DNA of 64,000 bases. It comes from Eledone cirrhosa. Taxonomy: Eukaryota. Position numbers and translations under genes: made by a program. The first letter of the stretch is position 1, and each line of letters starts with the position of its first letter. Below, one piece after another: positions 13,401 to 25,279 of this stretch. The notes under the pieces are model-generated. The model was not told where the DNA came from. It saw only the letters and a list, made by a program, of their open reading frames with translations, and ran no database searches. The stretch covers positions 309,256,001-309,320,000 of the forward strand of contig OZ024743.1 in NCBI GenBank assembly GCA_964016885.1, given 5' to 3'.

Positions 13401-14957
13401 ATCTCTGTTCCAGGTATTATTTATCTCAGTATTCAGATCATTGTCTGCTTCGGGTGGTTCCTCCGTTCTCAGGACCTCTTCACCTTCATTTCCCACTGGC
13501 TCGCTTGTCTGGCATACTACACCCGCCATCTCCAAGCCATTCTCTCTGCTCAGTTCCTCCAGTTCCAGCTCGCTTATCCACCCATTAGTTCTTATTACCC
13601 GAGCCTGCCCGGCCAATTTTTGTTCATCTAATTTAAATAAACCAATCTCGTTCCAAATGTTATGCATCCGTCTCCTGTAGCCCCTCTCCTTGGGGTTACT
13701 TTTCAGGTAACATTGCATAACAGTTCTATTCAATTCTTTCGTCTAGTTGGTTCTGGCCCCTTTCCTTCTTCTTCTTCCTCCAACATCAGCAGTATTTGGT
13801 TGACAGTCAGGTTCCTGCTGCTGAGCCAGGGGGCACCTGTTGGGTGAGAGTCTGTCACATGACGTTCTAGTCTCCATTTCACCGTTATTCGAACTGTTTA
13901 TGTTCGATATTTAAACACTCTTATCGAGGATTGGCGAATGTATGGTTACATAGCCATCTGTGGATCCGCCATTCCACTTGGCCCTTGTGTGGCATTATCA
14001 CCACGCTGTATACGAACACACATAAACAAACAAACACACAGGCAGAAAGGGCTCCAAAAATGAATAAGCATAAGTTTCATTGTAATGTAGTGTTCGAATG
14101 TCTGACTTAGTTTTTGTTTTTTAAGTTTTAGTTTTTCCCCCCTCTTCTCTGTCCGTCCGCCTGCTTCTCTCTTCATTCTTATTTTCTTTACGTTTTTTGG
14201 TTTTTTTTATTGTTTTTGTTTTTCTCTGTTTGTTTTTCTCGTTTGTTGCTGTTGTTGCTGTGCTGCTTTGGTTTTGTTGTTTGTTTTTTCTTTTTTCTTT
14301 TGAGTCTATCTATATATTTTGATGCCTTCCTCTTTTTTAGCAGTAGGGATTCTATACTGTGGTGGCAGCAGCCAGCTGGGAGTAGTGGGGGACTGGCGGC
14401 GGTAGCGATACTGAGACAGTGGTGGTGGTGATGTCGATACCGAGGCAGTGGTGGCGGTGATGTGACCGTATTACTGTAGTGATGCTGCTGTAGCGGTGGT
14501 AGCAGTGAAGGAGTGAAGGGGTGGTGGCGGCGGTGATGGGATAATGGTGGTAATGATGGCCGTAGTGAGCGGTGGTGGTGAAAATGCCGTTATCTGGCTG
14601 TTGTGTTTAGTGTACACAGGTGATCGGGTGGGTGGTGTATCTAGTTTCTGGTGTTGGTGAGTTTGGCTGTTCTATATAGTGTAGACAGAGGAGAGGAGGG
14701 GGGGGGGCGGGTGTTCTTCTTCCATTTATAGCCATTTTCTTTTTTGGATATACAGTGTACAATACAAAGTTGAATATTTGAATATTTGAGCCTTATAACA
14801 ATATATTTTGGCTCCGAATTTTTTGGGGCTCAAGCCGGGTGCTTTACGTAGCATTTGTACTAAGAGTTGTTATTTCACAAATGATTTAAATATGTTAAAA
14901 ATTCAAAACTTACGGGAGCGATTTCATGACCTCCGTCACCTCGTGCGTCTTCTTCCC
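10405..14957 (-). mobile_element. R4/Dong-like RLE non-LTR retrotransposon, copy B (full-length, few lesions)
   Basis: 913 aa ORF (13733-10992) with complete RT. The CCHC and RLE continue in ORF 11058-10462 after a 2 bp slip. About 1 kb of 5' UTR. Flanked on both sides by (TTA)n (10333-10405 and 14958-15020). Confidence 0.93.
10992..13733 (-). CDS. Reverse transcriptase polyprotein of the R4/Dong-like element (pseudogenised at the C-terminus)
   Basis: WKSPGPDG, YRPITCL, EQKG, IDYRKAFDMVPH, GIFQGDSLSPLLF, LLFMDD, YKYLG, GGRGL and AAQEQ motifs. Confidence 0.88.
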   Translation of the reverse strand: MNRTVMQCYLKSNPKERGYRRRMHNIWNEIGLFKLDEQKLAGQARVIRTNGWISELELEELSRENGLEMAGVVCQTSEPVGNEGEEVLRTEEPPEADNDLNTEINNTWNRDTATEEMNADGLGQDSVDILNLVVDELNNDSGRPMNLRFVDRKKLKETTAKVNKVIPYLEARSLHQCNNILKATANTVRKLLGIKARGNNRQERAEPWWKKRLGGQIGEMRNDIGKLESLLNGTLKNIGTKNRLEIKYKTRRKKLNIIIEELKQRIVAKSAKIRRYENRVSQYKQNRMFDNNQKMLFGQLEGKERGNDLIPEAEQTKTFWRGIWEQDVRHNVQAGWIETVQREIGEQAQQQTDLSITVETLKGQAKKLTNWKSPGPDGVQGYWIKHLTSLHPKLTAMFNDCLVSGEVPEWLTKGTTVLIMKDRIKGNDVTNYRPITCLSVMWKLLTSIVSEEIYHHHHTNNLLPDEQKGCRKKSSGTKDQLLIDKMVMGNCRRRHTDLAMGWIDYRKAFDMVPHSWITKSLEIFRVADNIRQLLGRSMGSWETELTSTGESLGSVKIKRGIFQGDSLSPLLFVLALMPLTIILRKVRAGYKLGRGELTINHLLFMDDLKLFGKSEKELDVLVDTVRIFSSDICMQFGIGKCGVIVMRRGRLSRSNGIQIPTGEMIKEIDSEEGYKYLGVLEADGIKNKKMKELLRTEYIRRVRSVLKSHLYSRNAISAVNSRAVSIIRYSAGILRWNVAEQNEMDRKTRKLLTIYNMFHKRSDVDRLYLMRSEGGRGLISIEDCVQMEKNNLYKYVTYSKEPMLRTVLKEGTVGQGMSKEEITSRRKSSLKGKSLHSTFFEKTEFRDPQTWNWLTRGDLKKATEGMLMAAQEQALKTKWLKHHIYKEEASPLCRICGERERRLWLTLCPSVNT

Positions 14958-15020
<63 letters not shown>

Positions 15021-15022
<2 letters not shown>

Positions 15023-16403
15023 GTTGCATTTATCTTGCTTTATGTTCATACGAGTTATCACCAAGTCACAACCAGTGACCTCAAGAGACAACAAGGTCCG
15101 CCATGTTCAAGAAAGAACATACATACTCACACATGCATCTTTAGTGTTTAGACTTGTGATGTACTTATATTGACAGAATCTTCCTTAGTATATAGGCAGT
15201 TCCCATTAGTACTATCTTTTGTATTTCTCCTATACGCGGGTTTCCTGGGATTTGCGATAAGTAATCATTAGACCCCCTAGGTATCATTCCCAGAGCGCCT
15301 ACAATCACTGGTATTGTTTTAGTTCTCAATTTCCACATTTTTCCAATTTCTATCTCCAGGTCCTTATACTTGCTCAATTTTTCAAATGTTTTTATAGATA
15401 CATTCTTGTCTATTGGAACAGACATATCAATTAGCAGGCATACCCTCTTTTTAAAGTCCTTCAGTATTATATCAGGTCTATTTGCATCTATTTTTCGGTC
15501 TGTTTGGATGCTAAAGTTCCACAAGATTGAGATGTGATCTTTTTCAAGTATGGGAGGTGGTTGATGCTCCCACCAATTCTTTTGATGGGGCAGGTCAAAA
15601 TGCTTACACATTATCCAATGTATGTATTGTGCAGTTCTGTCATGCCTGTTTAGGTATTCGGTTGGAGCTATAGGACTGCACATTGAAATTATATGATCAA
15701 TGGTCTCTGGTTGTTTGTTACATACACGGCATAATGGGTTGCATCCATTTTTTATTATATTGGCTTGGTAATATTTGTTGGCAGACACTGATCTTGTGCT
15801 GATATAATCAGTCCTTCAGTCTCCGATTTCAGTCCAGAGGATGCCAACCACTGATGGGTTAAAGTTTTGTCAACATCAGGAGTGTTAGCTCAGAGGCTTT
15901 TCTTGCCATTTCTTAGTCAGTTTCTGTAGCAGTTCTTTCTTTGCAGTTACTTTTACCTGCTTTGCTTTTTCTGTGTTTTTCATTTCAGCAGTAAATGGGA
16001 CTTCTGAAATTTGTAGTCCATTACTGTATCTTTGTGCATCTTTTGTAATGGAGTATGATCTTTTGATGCTTTCGTGTTTCAAAACGAGTTTGATCATCCA
16101 ATCATGTGATTCCCTTAGGTATGTAGATAATCCAATTGTTGCAGTTTTCAACGCAATATCTAACTGGATTAACCCACGTCCTCCTTCTGTCCTTCTTTCC
16201 CTTCTCTGTCCGTCTGTTTGTTTTTCTTTTCATTTTTCTTTTCTTTACGTTTTTCGTTGTTGCTGTGCTGCTTTGATTTTGAGTTTTGGTTTTTGATTTT
16301 TTGACCGGGTCATCAAATCAGTCTATTTATATATGTTGATGCCTTCCTCTTTTAGTGGGGACACTACGATGCATGTCTTAACAGGAGGTAGTGGGAGAGA
16401 ATA
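15021..16403 (-). mobile_element. R4/Dong-like element, copy C (different subfamily, internally deleted)
   Basis: GGRGL at about 16180, CRVCNKQPETIDHIISMC, RHD and RPDII...IDMSVP. 16190-16403 resembles the 5' UTR of copies A and B. Bounded by (TTA)n on both sides. Confidence 0.85.
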
Positions 16404-16405
16404 GA

Positions 16406-16498
<93 letters not shown>

Positions 16499-19400
16499 GG
16501 CGACCTACGTAGTAAATCGTATCATCGTGAGCTCCGCAATAGTTTGTTATTTTCAGTTGTTTAAAATTTCCATTCATGGAAAATTTTATTGTTAATTGTA
16601 TATAAGTGCACATACATTGTTATCTGAAAAGGACACCCAAAAAGATTGGGGCCTTGATCCCAAAATTTAAACTTTTATAATTATCAAACAAAACTGTTTC
16701 TTTGAAACATCATGGCTGACTCAGAGTCACTCCTTTCTCACAAACTAACACCTCACACCGACACCATCATTGTAAATATTACTACGTTTGCCAACACTAA
16801 AAAAAAATATAAGCAGTAGCAATATTTTAAATTTGTCTCAGGCAGACATTCATTTCCCGCCATTACCAATGACTGCAGGTGTTAAAGCCGCAACCACCAC
16901 CACCACCGCGACAACCCCCACCCCCACCACCACCGCGACAACCCCCACCCCCACCACCACCGCGACAACAGAAACAAAAGAAAAAAATAAATTAACTCGT
17001 GATATCGAAATGAATTCAACCAAAATGAACTCTTCCACACCGAACACCACTAACGCCACCACCATCACAACTGAAACTAAAATTAATAATAACAAAAATA
17101 ACGATAACAACAACAGCAACAATAACATTAAGAAAACGACCCTGAGTTTTGCCAGAGTAGCAAAACAGTGTAAAGCATTTCAGGTAACTCAGGAGGAATT
17201 AGAAGAAGCCAAAAAAATGGTAAAGAAAGATGGGTACAGGGTCAGCGTCACCCCCCCCCCACCTAATAAAATGGAGCATCGGCGGCTATGCACCGTGTCT
17301 TATCGAACAATTAATATAAAATCGCGCCGAGTAGAACGGGCACCCGAGTCCCAAATCCAAAAAGGTTTTGGACATGTGTGGGCAAAAAAACCCACATCAG
17401 ACGTGGGCAGAAGTATGGAACCGTGGACGTGTTCTTTGAAACACCACAGGAGGCTAGAGAACACTCCATGGCCCCATTAAGAAGTGACGACTTCACACTC
17501 GTCCCAAGCTATTGTGGCCAGAGACTCGTAAAGATCAGGGTCACCCACGTTCCACCGGCCATCGAAATTCCCTGGCTAATAGCTGCCGTCCTCGCCGGCA
17601 TCGAAGTCAACACCAAGATAATCGAAATAGCGAAAGAAAAGTAGGAGAACTGGTCCGGATCTGGGATGGAGCTCCTGATCCAAGCGGAACAAAAAAGCAT
17701 TGAGGAGATCCCAGAGGTAATAGACCTCACTGACGGTAGCTACCTCACCGTAATTATCGAGGGCAGAAGGCCTAGGTGTGTCGTTTGTGGTGAAGGAACC
17801 CACCTAAGGGCTTTCTCCCCTCAGGCTAAAAGGTTGAGGCCACCTCTCCTACCCACCCCAGTGACTCAACCATCAACACCACCAGCACCAGAGATGGCAG
17901 CAACAACTGTAGCAGCAACAACAGAAGCAACTGTAACAGCAACAACCCCAACAACAGTAGCAAAACCAACACCACCACCACCCAACGCGCCAGAATTAGC
18001 ACCAGCGCCTACACCATCCACCACGCCACAACCAAAGCTAACACCTGTGGAGGATTTTCTACTCCCCGGCCTATCACAACTGGAGACAGATTGTGACGAC
18101 GAGGAGTGGGAAACGGTATCAGGAAAAAAAAAGAAACCCAAAAAGAAAAAATTCTCTTCCTTCCCCCTCCAAAAACAAAATACAGAGGGAAACAAATAAA
18201 CTATCAAACAAAAAAGTTAGGACAGATATGTCACCATCCACACCAGCATCACCAACCCCATCACCCCAAACACCAACACTATCACCATCATTAACCCCAA
18301 CACCACCATCAACTACACCACAAAAGTCACCAAAAAGCGAAACAGAAACAAACCCACAACAAACGCAAACAAAACAAAACAACCAAAACGATACACACTA
18401 CACAGCAATAAATTTGAACAACAACCAATTATTACATTACATCCAACACAACACCAGCATCACAGAAAAAGACTACACAATAACCCAAAAGTTCACACCA
18501 CCTCCACACATACAAATCACTCGCATCACACAGAAAACGTACATGACACTAAAAAACAATTCCCCAAAGACATCGGGGACTTCAGACAATCACTCTCCAG
18601 GAGGATTTATAAGGACATCCTTCCGGAGGAGTCCAGAAGCAGTGAAAAGAATGGAGAAACCAACCTTCCTCTACGCGAAGTAAGGTAGGTCGTCTTTCCC
18701 ATCTTTTCCACTCCATTTCAACATGACCTCACTCAGAATAGGCAGCATAAATGCGCGTGGCTTGGGGTCGTCATGGAAGCAGGGCCACCTGCTCAACGAC
18801 CTCAGGTCACTAAACATAGATGTAGTGGCCATCAGCGAGACCAGAATCTCCGAAGCACGGGCCTTCGCACCGATCTTCGGCGGCTATGATGTGTACGCAT
18901 CTCCCAGCCGTCCGGGATCGGGGGGAAGGAGTTGCTATAGTTTTTCGGAGAGGTTTGGATCCTGCCATACGGGCCATCTTCCTGGACCCAGAAGGTAAAT
19001 TGGTGGTGCTGGACGTGACCAGCGGAGACGGGCAAGCTTTCAGGTTAGTGGCCGTCTATGCCCCGACAGGAGCAGGGCGGCCTGATTTCTTCCGGCGTCT
19101 GGAGACCTTTCTTGGAACGTCCCGCTCTTTAGTGTTAGTGGGCGACTGGAACGGGATCTTAGATGCACGCTGGGACTGTGTGGAATTAGTGGATAGGGGA
19201 GGAGGGTGCAAGAGTCTCACCAATTTGCTCAGGCGTTTTGAACTGTCTGACAGGTACCGATTCTATTTCCCGAATGTGCCAATGTGGACTTGGACAAATC
19301 GCATAGGGTCATCCAGATCATATCTAGAGTATTTTGTAGGGAAATAGATAGGTCTAGCATAGGCTGTACACAATTCAAGATAGTCAGCTACGGGGACCAC

Positions 19401-20352
19401 AAATTCGTGATCTGTGTGCTTGACTTAGATAGGCTTCATAGACGAGGACCCGGCTACTGGAAGCTAAACGCGTCCTTACCAGCGCGCAAGGCCTACAGAG
19501 ACCGGATTAGCGAACTAGTTAAGCGGGCGTTGACGGGGGCCATCGTCAACAACAAGTGGTGGTTTGCTCTGAAAAGAGCGATTAGAATAGAGTCCATTAG
19601 GTTTAGTAAGGCTTTAGCAATAGAGAAAAATAGAGTAGAGGGAGAACTAGTTAGAAAATTAGACGAGGCGCTTAGCAAAGGCATCGCGACCGACGTACTT
19701 GCGGCGAAATTGGCCCTTGACCAATTCTTCAATGAAAAGCACGAAGGCTGCGTTGTCAGAGCTAGGGTGCGTACTCTCAGACACGAGGGAACGAAAGCCG
19801 TTCAATGGGCCCGAGTGGCTTAGGTGCGTCGTGACAATAAAGTCACGATCCAGTGTTTGGTGGACCACGACGGGCGCATGCTACTCGATCCCGGGCAAAT
19901 GTGTGAAGCTTTTCAGCGACACTTCGCTCGGCTGTTCGTGGACAGCGGTGGGCCGAGTCGAGGGATGGACTTAATGTCTACCTCGACTGACTGCCGCGGC
20001 TCTCGGCCACTGAGGCGGAGTGATGCGAAAAGCCGATAACAGCCGCTGAAGTACGGGAGGAAATGACTGGCTGCACAAGGGGTAAATCGCCTGGTTTGGA
20101 TGGTCTGCCCTATGAACTTTACGTACAGATGCCAGACTTTTTCGGAGGCCTCTTGGTGGATGTCCTCTGCAACTGGCAAAAGAACGAGAGAATTCCCAGC
20201 TCTGTGAGCCGAGGAGCGGTGGTGCTGCTGAGAAAGGATCCGAACAAGGGGGATAACATAGATAATTTCAGGCCCATAACTCTGCTAAACACAGAGTTCA
20301 AGATTTTGGGCAAGGTGCTAGCAAAGAGGTTGGCGCTTGTCGTTGGTGGTCT
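16499..20352 (+). mobile_element. L1/Tx1-clade LINE, 5' end present, 3'-truncated, frameshifted
   Basis: Starts GG directly after (TTA)n. ORF1-like Thr/Pro-rich region with a degenerate knuckle (CVVCGEGTHLRAFS). ORF2 from 18723 has APE motifs (SINARGL, ISET, VYAP, GDWN, DH, WKLNASL) and the start of RT (KSPGLDGL, FRPITLLNTEFKIL). Confidence 0.88.
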
Positions 20353-20442
20353 GATATATATATATATATATCAGGGTGATGTGTTGGTGTAAATGGTAGC
20401 ACAGTGGTCTGGATAATGAAAGATGTGGGTTTGATCCCATGT

Positions 20443-20536
20443 ACGTCAATACTCATCTTTTTCCATTTATCGGAGGGTTCTAAACCCCATTATCAGACTT
20501 AATTTCTTTAGTCGAAAAATACGGTGAAAGCTATTC

Positions 20537-20546
<10 letters not shown>
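20443..20546 (+). repeat. Single-arm copy of the cassette family at 57300-57493
   Basis: ACGTCAATACTCATCTTTTTCCATTTATC...GGTGAAAGCTATT matches 57390-57482 and ends in (TA)n. Confidence 0.7.
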
Positions 20547-20582
<36 letters not shown>

Positions 20583-20599
20583 GATACATTGTAGATCGC

Positions 20600-21294
20600 T
20601 TTAACCCGTCTTTTATTATTCAAAAAACTTCTTGCCAAAAAACATTAACCGTTCGTGCGCCATTCATCTAACTGTAGACCAACAAATACCAACTAAACGG
20701 AGAGTTGACAAGAACGATGGCGAATGAATCTTCGAGGTAAACAGTTTCCTCCCGAGCTGTTAGTTCACGCGCGGTTCTCTGCTACACCTTTTCGTAATAA
20801 TACCGAACAACGTACTGCTGGTCACTCATTCCTCCAAAAGCCGTACAAAGCGGACATGTGCATCGGGTAGATGAATCGGCTGCAAATCTACACCAGGCCT
20901 CCGCGAGAAATTCGCAAGGGACTGGACCGAGAAGGATAGAGAGAAAGAGTAACTTAGTGGAAAGTGTGCGAATGAACTTTTGAGGTAAGAAGGCTACGCC
21001 TTACTGCTATGACACTGGAGCCTTCTGCCAACTTATCCTGTGACTTTCTCTTTCACATTTACTCCAAAAGGCCAAAACAGAGGAGTATGAAAAGAAGGGG
21101 CTCAACAATATTTCTATGAAAAATGCACGTAGACAGCTAAACTGTACTTTCACTACTTAATTTTCTCCAAATAAAACAAGTTTCCTGTCGGTATATTTTC
21201 GTGAGTTTTTAACAGGCACTCTCAAATAAACGTTTCTAATTGGGGTTGCTATTACCAATGTACTTACCCGTGCAACGCCGGGATACACTGCTAG
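20600..21294 (+). mobile_element. Non-autonomous Helitron (3' end clear, 5' end uncertain)
   Basis: Classic 3' terminus CCCG-TGCAACGC-CGGG-ATACACTG-CTAG|T at 21267-21295. Confidence 0.6.
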
Positions 21295-21454
21295 TATATA
21301 TATATAGTTACCTCTTCAGAAAAACGGAAGTAGCCGAAACCGCTGATCTCGCGGTAGATACTCACCATCGTGTCTCCTGGTCTGAAGGCAGTCAATTTCT
21401 TCCAGAGAGCGAGTGAGAAAGAAATATAGAGGGAGAATCGACCCCATTACAGGA

Positions 21455-21592
21455 CTGGTACTTTCTTTATCAACCTCAAATGGATGAAAGGCAAAGTTGA
21501 CCTCGGCGGGATTTGATTTCAGAGAGCAGAGAGCCGAAATAAATACCGCAAAGTTTTCTATCCGACATTCTAACGACTCTGACAAATCACCA
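21455..21592 (-). mobile_element. tRNA-derived SINE (diverged)
   Basis: Reverse complement contains AAATCCCGCCGAGGTCAACTTTGCCTTTCATCC...AGTACCAG. Confidence 0.7.
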
Positions 21593-21899
21593 CCATATTC
21601 CACATCTATGATGAGGAATAAGAAAATTCAGAGCACTATTGTTTTAACTGTCATTCAATATTCTGTCAGCTATGATATTGCAATGAGTTTCCTTTTGCGT
21701 GTTCTCGACGGACATATCATTTACAGCTACGGATTTAGAAAGAAAGAATGGCATTGGAATTCTATATATTCTCTCTTTGGATGATGTCATCTATGTTTAT
21801 AAATAGGGAGGGATGGGTTCCGCCATATTTGAATTTCCAAGTTATCTCTATCATAGCCATAGTTTAATATTATTATAATAGGATGTATGTTATTCCGAT

Positions 21900-22098
21900 T
21901 TTACGGAAAATCCAACCTGCGGGAGACACAGGGGTGGATATCAAGCAAGATGATTGGATAACATTCAGGTGTTGGACTGGTCTTGCTTGGAGATCCAGCT
22001 GCAAGGTGTGATACAGGAATCTTCCCTCGCGACCCTCTCAAGAAGAAGAAGAAGAAGAAGAAGAAGAAGAAGAAGAAGAAGAAGAAGAAGAAGAAGAA
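21900..22098 (+). mobile_element. 3' fragment of an RTE/Expander-like LINE with (GAA)n tail; partial direct repeat at 22773-22885
   Basis: Translates GRHRGGYQAR*LDNIQVLDWSCLEIQ and LPSRPS, resembling RTE C-termini. About 110 bp is repeated essentially identically 840 bp downstream. Confidence 0.55.
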
Positions 22099-22390
22099 AG
22101 GTTTATAGACGTCGAGTTCACACAACACCAAGAGATGAAATTTGTATTTTATCATTACAATAAAGTATCAGTCCACAGATCCGGTTCTGTTGTGAGTAAA
22201 ATTCCAACCTACTCCTGCTAGTAATTGTAGCCAGTAGACACAATATCAGCAATGGGATGTCTAATGGAAACAACAATATTGGTTCGATCTAACAGTCAGT
22301 TTCTGTTCTTACTTGACTCCCATTTTCAGAGTGAGATAGAAATCGATTTCACACCTGCAAATCGCCAAATTATTTATTCACTTCTAGATA

Positions 22391-22758
22391 ATTCGATACT
22401 TCATCAATACATGTATTCTTATCTCGCCTTTTCTCTGTCTTTATGGGAGTGTAGGCATCGATTTTTGTGTATGTATGAGTCTCAATGCAATCACGTTAAT
22501 ACTTGAATGTGATAAAGTAGGGCTCTTTCATGTACGCACACACATATATATATATATATATACATATATACGTCTGTATGTTTGTTTGTGTGTGTTTACA
22601 TATATGTGTGCGTACATGAAAGAGCCCTACTTTATCACGTTCAAGTATTAACGTGATTACATTGAGACTCATACATACACAAAAATCGATGCCTACACTC
22701 CCATAAAGACAGAGAAAAGGCGAGATAAGAATACATGTATTGATGAAGTATCGAATTA
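22391..22758. repeat. Inverted repeat, ~155 bp arms, microsatellite spacer
   Basis: 22391-22545 versus 22601-22758. The same pseudo-peptide appears on both strands in the ORF track. Confidence 0.85.
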
Positions 22759-22975
22759 TATATATATATATATATCAAGCAAGATGATTGGATAACATTC
22801 AGGTGTTGGACTGGTCTTGCTTGGAGATCCAGCTGCAAGGTGTGATACAGGAATCTTCCCTCGCGACCCTCTCAAGAAGAAGAAGCTCAGAGCATAATTT
22901 ATACAAATTTAAACGATATACAAAAATTGTTTTCTATATATCTAGTTGAGAAGCAACTAGTTTTACGTACATAAT

Positions 22976-23145
22976 TGTTTCTACTTTAGGCACAAGGCCA
23001 GCAAATACCCAGTGCATTACTGGTACTTTATTTTATCGACCCCGTAAGGATGAAAGGCAAAGTCAACCTCGGCGGGATTTGAACTCAGATCGTAAAGGGA
23101 CGTAACTATGCTGGAAAGCATGACGTCCGACCCTCTACCGATATT
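22976..23145 (-). mobile_element. tRNA-SINE with 10 bp TSD, at the centre of an inverted repeat
   Basis: TSD CGTACATAAT at 22966-22975 and 23146-23155. The flanks 22905-22962 and 23156-23215 are reverse complements. Confidence 0.8.
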
Positions 23146-23211
23146 CGTACATAATACTAGTTTTTGTCAAGTAGATATATATAGAAAACAATTTGTGTAT
23201 ATCGTTTAAAT

Positions 23212-23281
<70 letters not shown>

Positions 23282-23814
23282 TACATCGCTATTTCAGAGC
23301 ACCAATCCTAAATATATATATATATACGGACCCAGCATATTTATCAATGTCAGTACCGGTTGTATCTCGGAGTACTCAATAGGTAATGTAGAATACATTC
23401 CAGAGTATACACATAGTTATTCGCTTCAATACAACACACATAAACGGTTGCCTATAGTAGTTCCCGGATTCGAGTTTCGGCCACAGCAGTAGGGTGCACT
23501 GCACCCTCTATCTGCATATATTATTCAACAATGCATAATCGGCGCATGTGGCTTAATCAGCGGGTATCGTCTAATCAATAACCAATCGATCGACAGAATT
23601 CAACTTTAGTCCATGCCGGCTATGACTGTTTGTGACGGCCGACACAGTAAAATGGAATCTGATACAATTCCGTTCCCCGACCGGCCACCGATTTACAAAT
23701 TTACGTGGTGGCAGGAGATTAGAAAACAAATATTTCTGCTCCTGTCAAAAGCCCTCAGTCAACGTGTCTCAAACACAAGTTAATAAGATAGTGAACATAT
23801 AATATATATATATG

Positions 23815-24205
23815 AAAACAGGGAGAAAGAGACGATTATTAGGAAGAAAAATATATTTGTTTCCTTTTTTATTTCTCTTTCTCTTTTTTCTGGGTTAGAA
23901 AATGATTAAACCGAAATGTTTTACTTTGTGTGAAGTGTTAAGGTATTAGTTGAATTATTTATTATTTAACAATGGCATTTATTTATCTATTTATATATTT
24001 ATATATTTAATAATTATCTATTACCGGTTTCAGCATTTTTATGCATTATCAAATGATAGTGATATGTATTAGTGTAGAATGGTGGTGTCGCACATGTTAA
24101 AGAAATGGTGCAGAAAGAATAATGTTATTTACAGGCATAGTTCTTGAAGTTAAGCAGATCAAAATGTGTTAATATAGCAAGAGTGTTTAGTGGATCCATG
24201 ATGGA

Positions 24206-24210
<5 letters not shown>
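23815..24210 (-). mobile_element. 3' UTR/pLTR fragment of the Neptune-like PLE family at 34475-35500
   Basis: Colinear with 34477-34905. Degenerate hammerhead TTGATAA...GAAACCGGTA at about 24018-24058. (TA)n flanks. Confidence 0.7.
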
Positions 24211-24241
<31 letters not shown>

Positions 24242-25048
24242 TTAATCTGTTATTTTAATAAACATTTACTCTACGGATTTTATATATTTATATATATATA
24301 TGTGTATGTGTGCGTGCGTGTGTGAGCGTGTGTGTGTCCGCGTGTTGCATTGTCCGTCCGTATCTTTGTTTACATTTGGTGTTCGTTCATATCCCTACAA
24401 AGATCAATAAAACACGTAACAAGTACGACATTTGAAATCAAATATCTATGGCGAAGGGGGTCATATTCATAGATATGATTGACTAAAATCCCTTCAAGGC
24501 ATGGCTCTAGTATGGCTGCAGTCAAATGACTAAAACTACCAAAAGAATAAAAGAAATGCAATGAATTTGTGAATGGATTTGAAAGGCTGGCAAGTGAGGT
24601 TGGACAGGACACTCACGTTGGTCCTGGTACATATACATATATTAACTCTAAAACATAATTGTATTGAAAGACATTTTTATTCAAGGTAGTATTTATATCT
24701 GAATGGAAGGGAAAATTCCAGAAGCCATTCAAATAAATCTAAAAGGATTCTGGCAGTTTTTAAAGTAAGAAAAAAAAAGGGATTTCTGATAGAAGAAGAA
24801 AAAAAAGGAAGAAAAAAGGAAGCTGTAGAGAAGAAAGAAAGCATTGCAAATAGAATAAACAAGTTTAAAATATGTTATATGGTAAAAAGAAAGAAAATAT
24901 AGCATATGATATATACATGGAATCAAATTACAAATAACACATTTTATGGCACTAAACATAAAAATCAGCATGCATATGTTTATGTTCTCTATATATATAT
25001 ATATTATTAAATATAATACATATATACATACATACATACATACATACA

Positions 25049-25082
<34 letters not shown>

Positions 25083-25279
25083 AATGCATACATACATACA
25101 TGCATGCATACATAAATATTTACATACATACATGCATACATACAAGTATGCATACATACATGCATACATATATGTATACATACATAAATGCATACATACA
25201 TGTATACATATATACATACATAAATACATACATGCATACATGTATACATACATGCACACATACATAAATACACACATAC

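Noticed and set aside
11587-13680. Plus-strand ORFs overlapping the Dong-like RT
   Set aside because: Antisense shadow frames of the retrotransposon ORF with no motifs.
22341-22410. Minus-strand TTGATGA...GAAATCGATT hammerhead-like spacing
   Set aside because: Stems I and II are unsupported and the motif is too degenerate to call.
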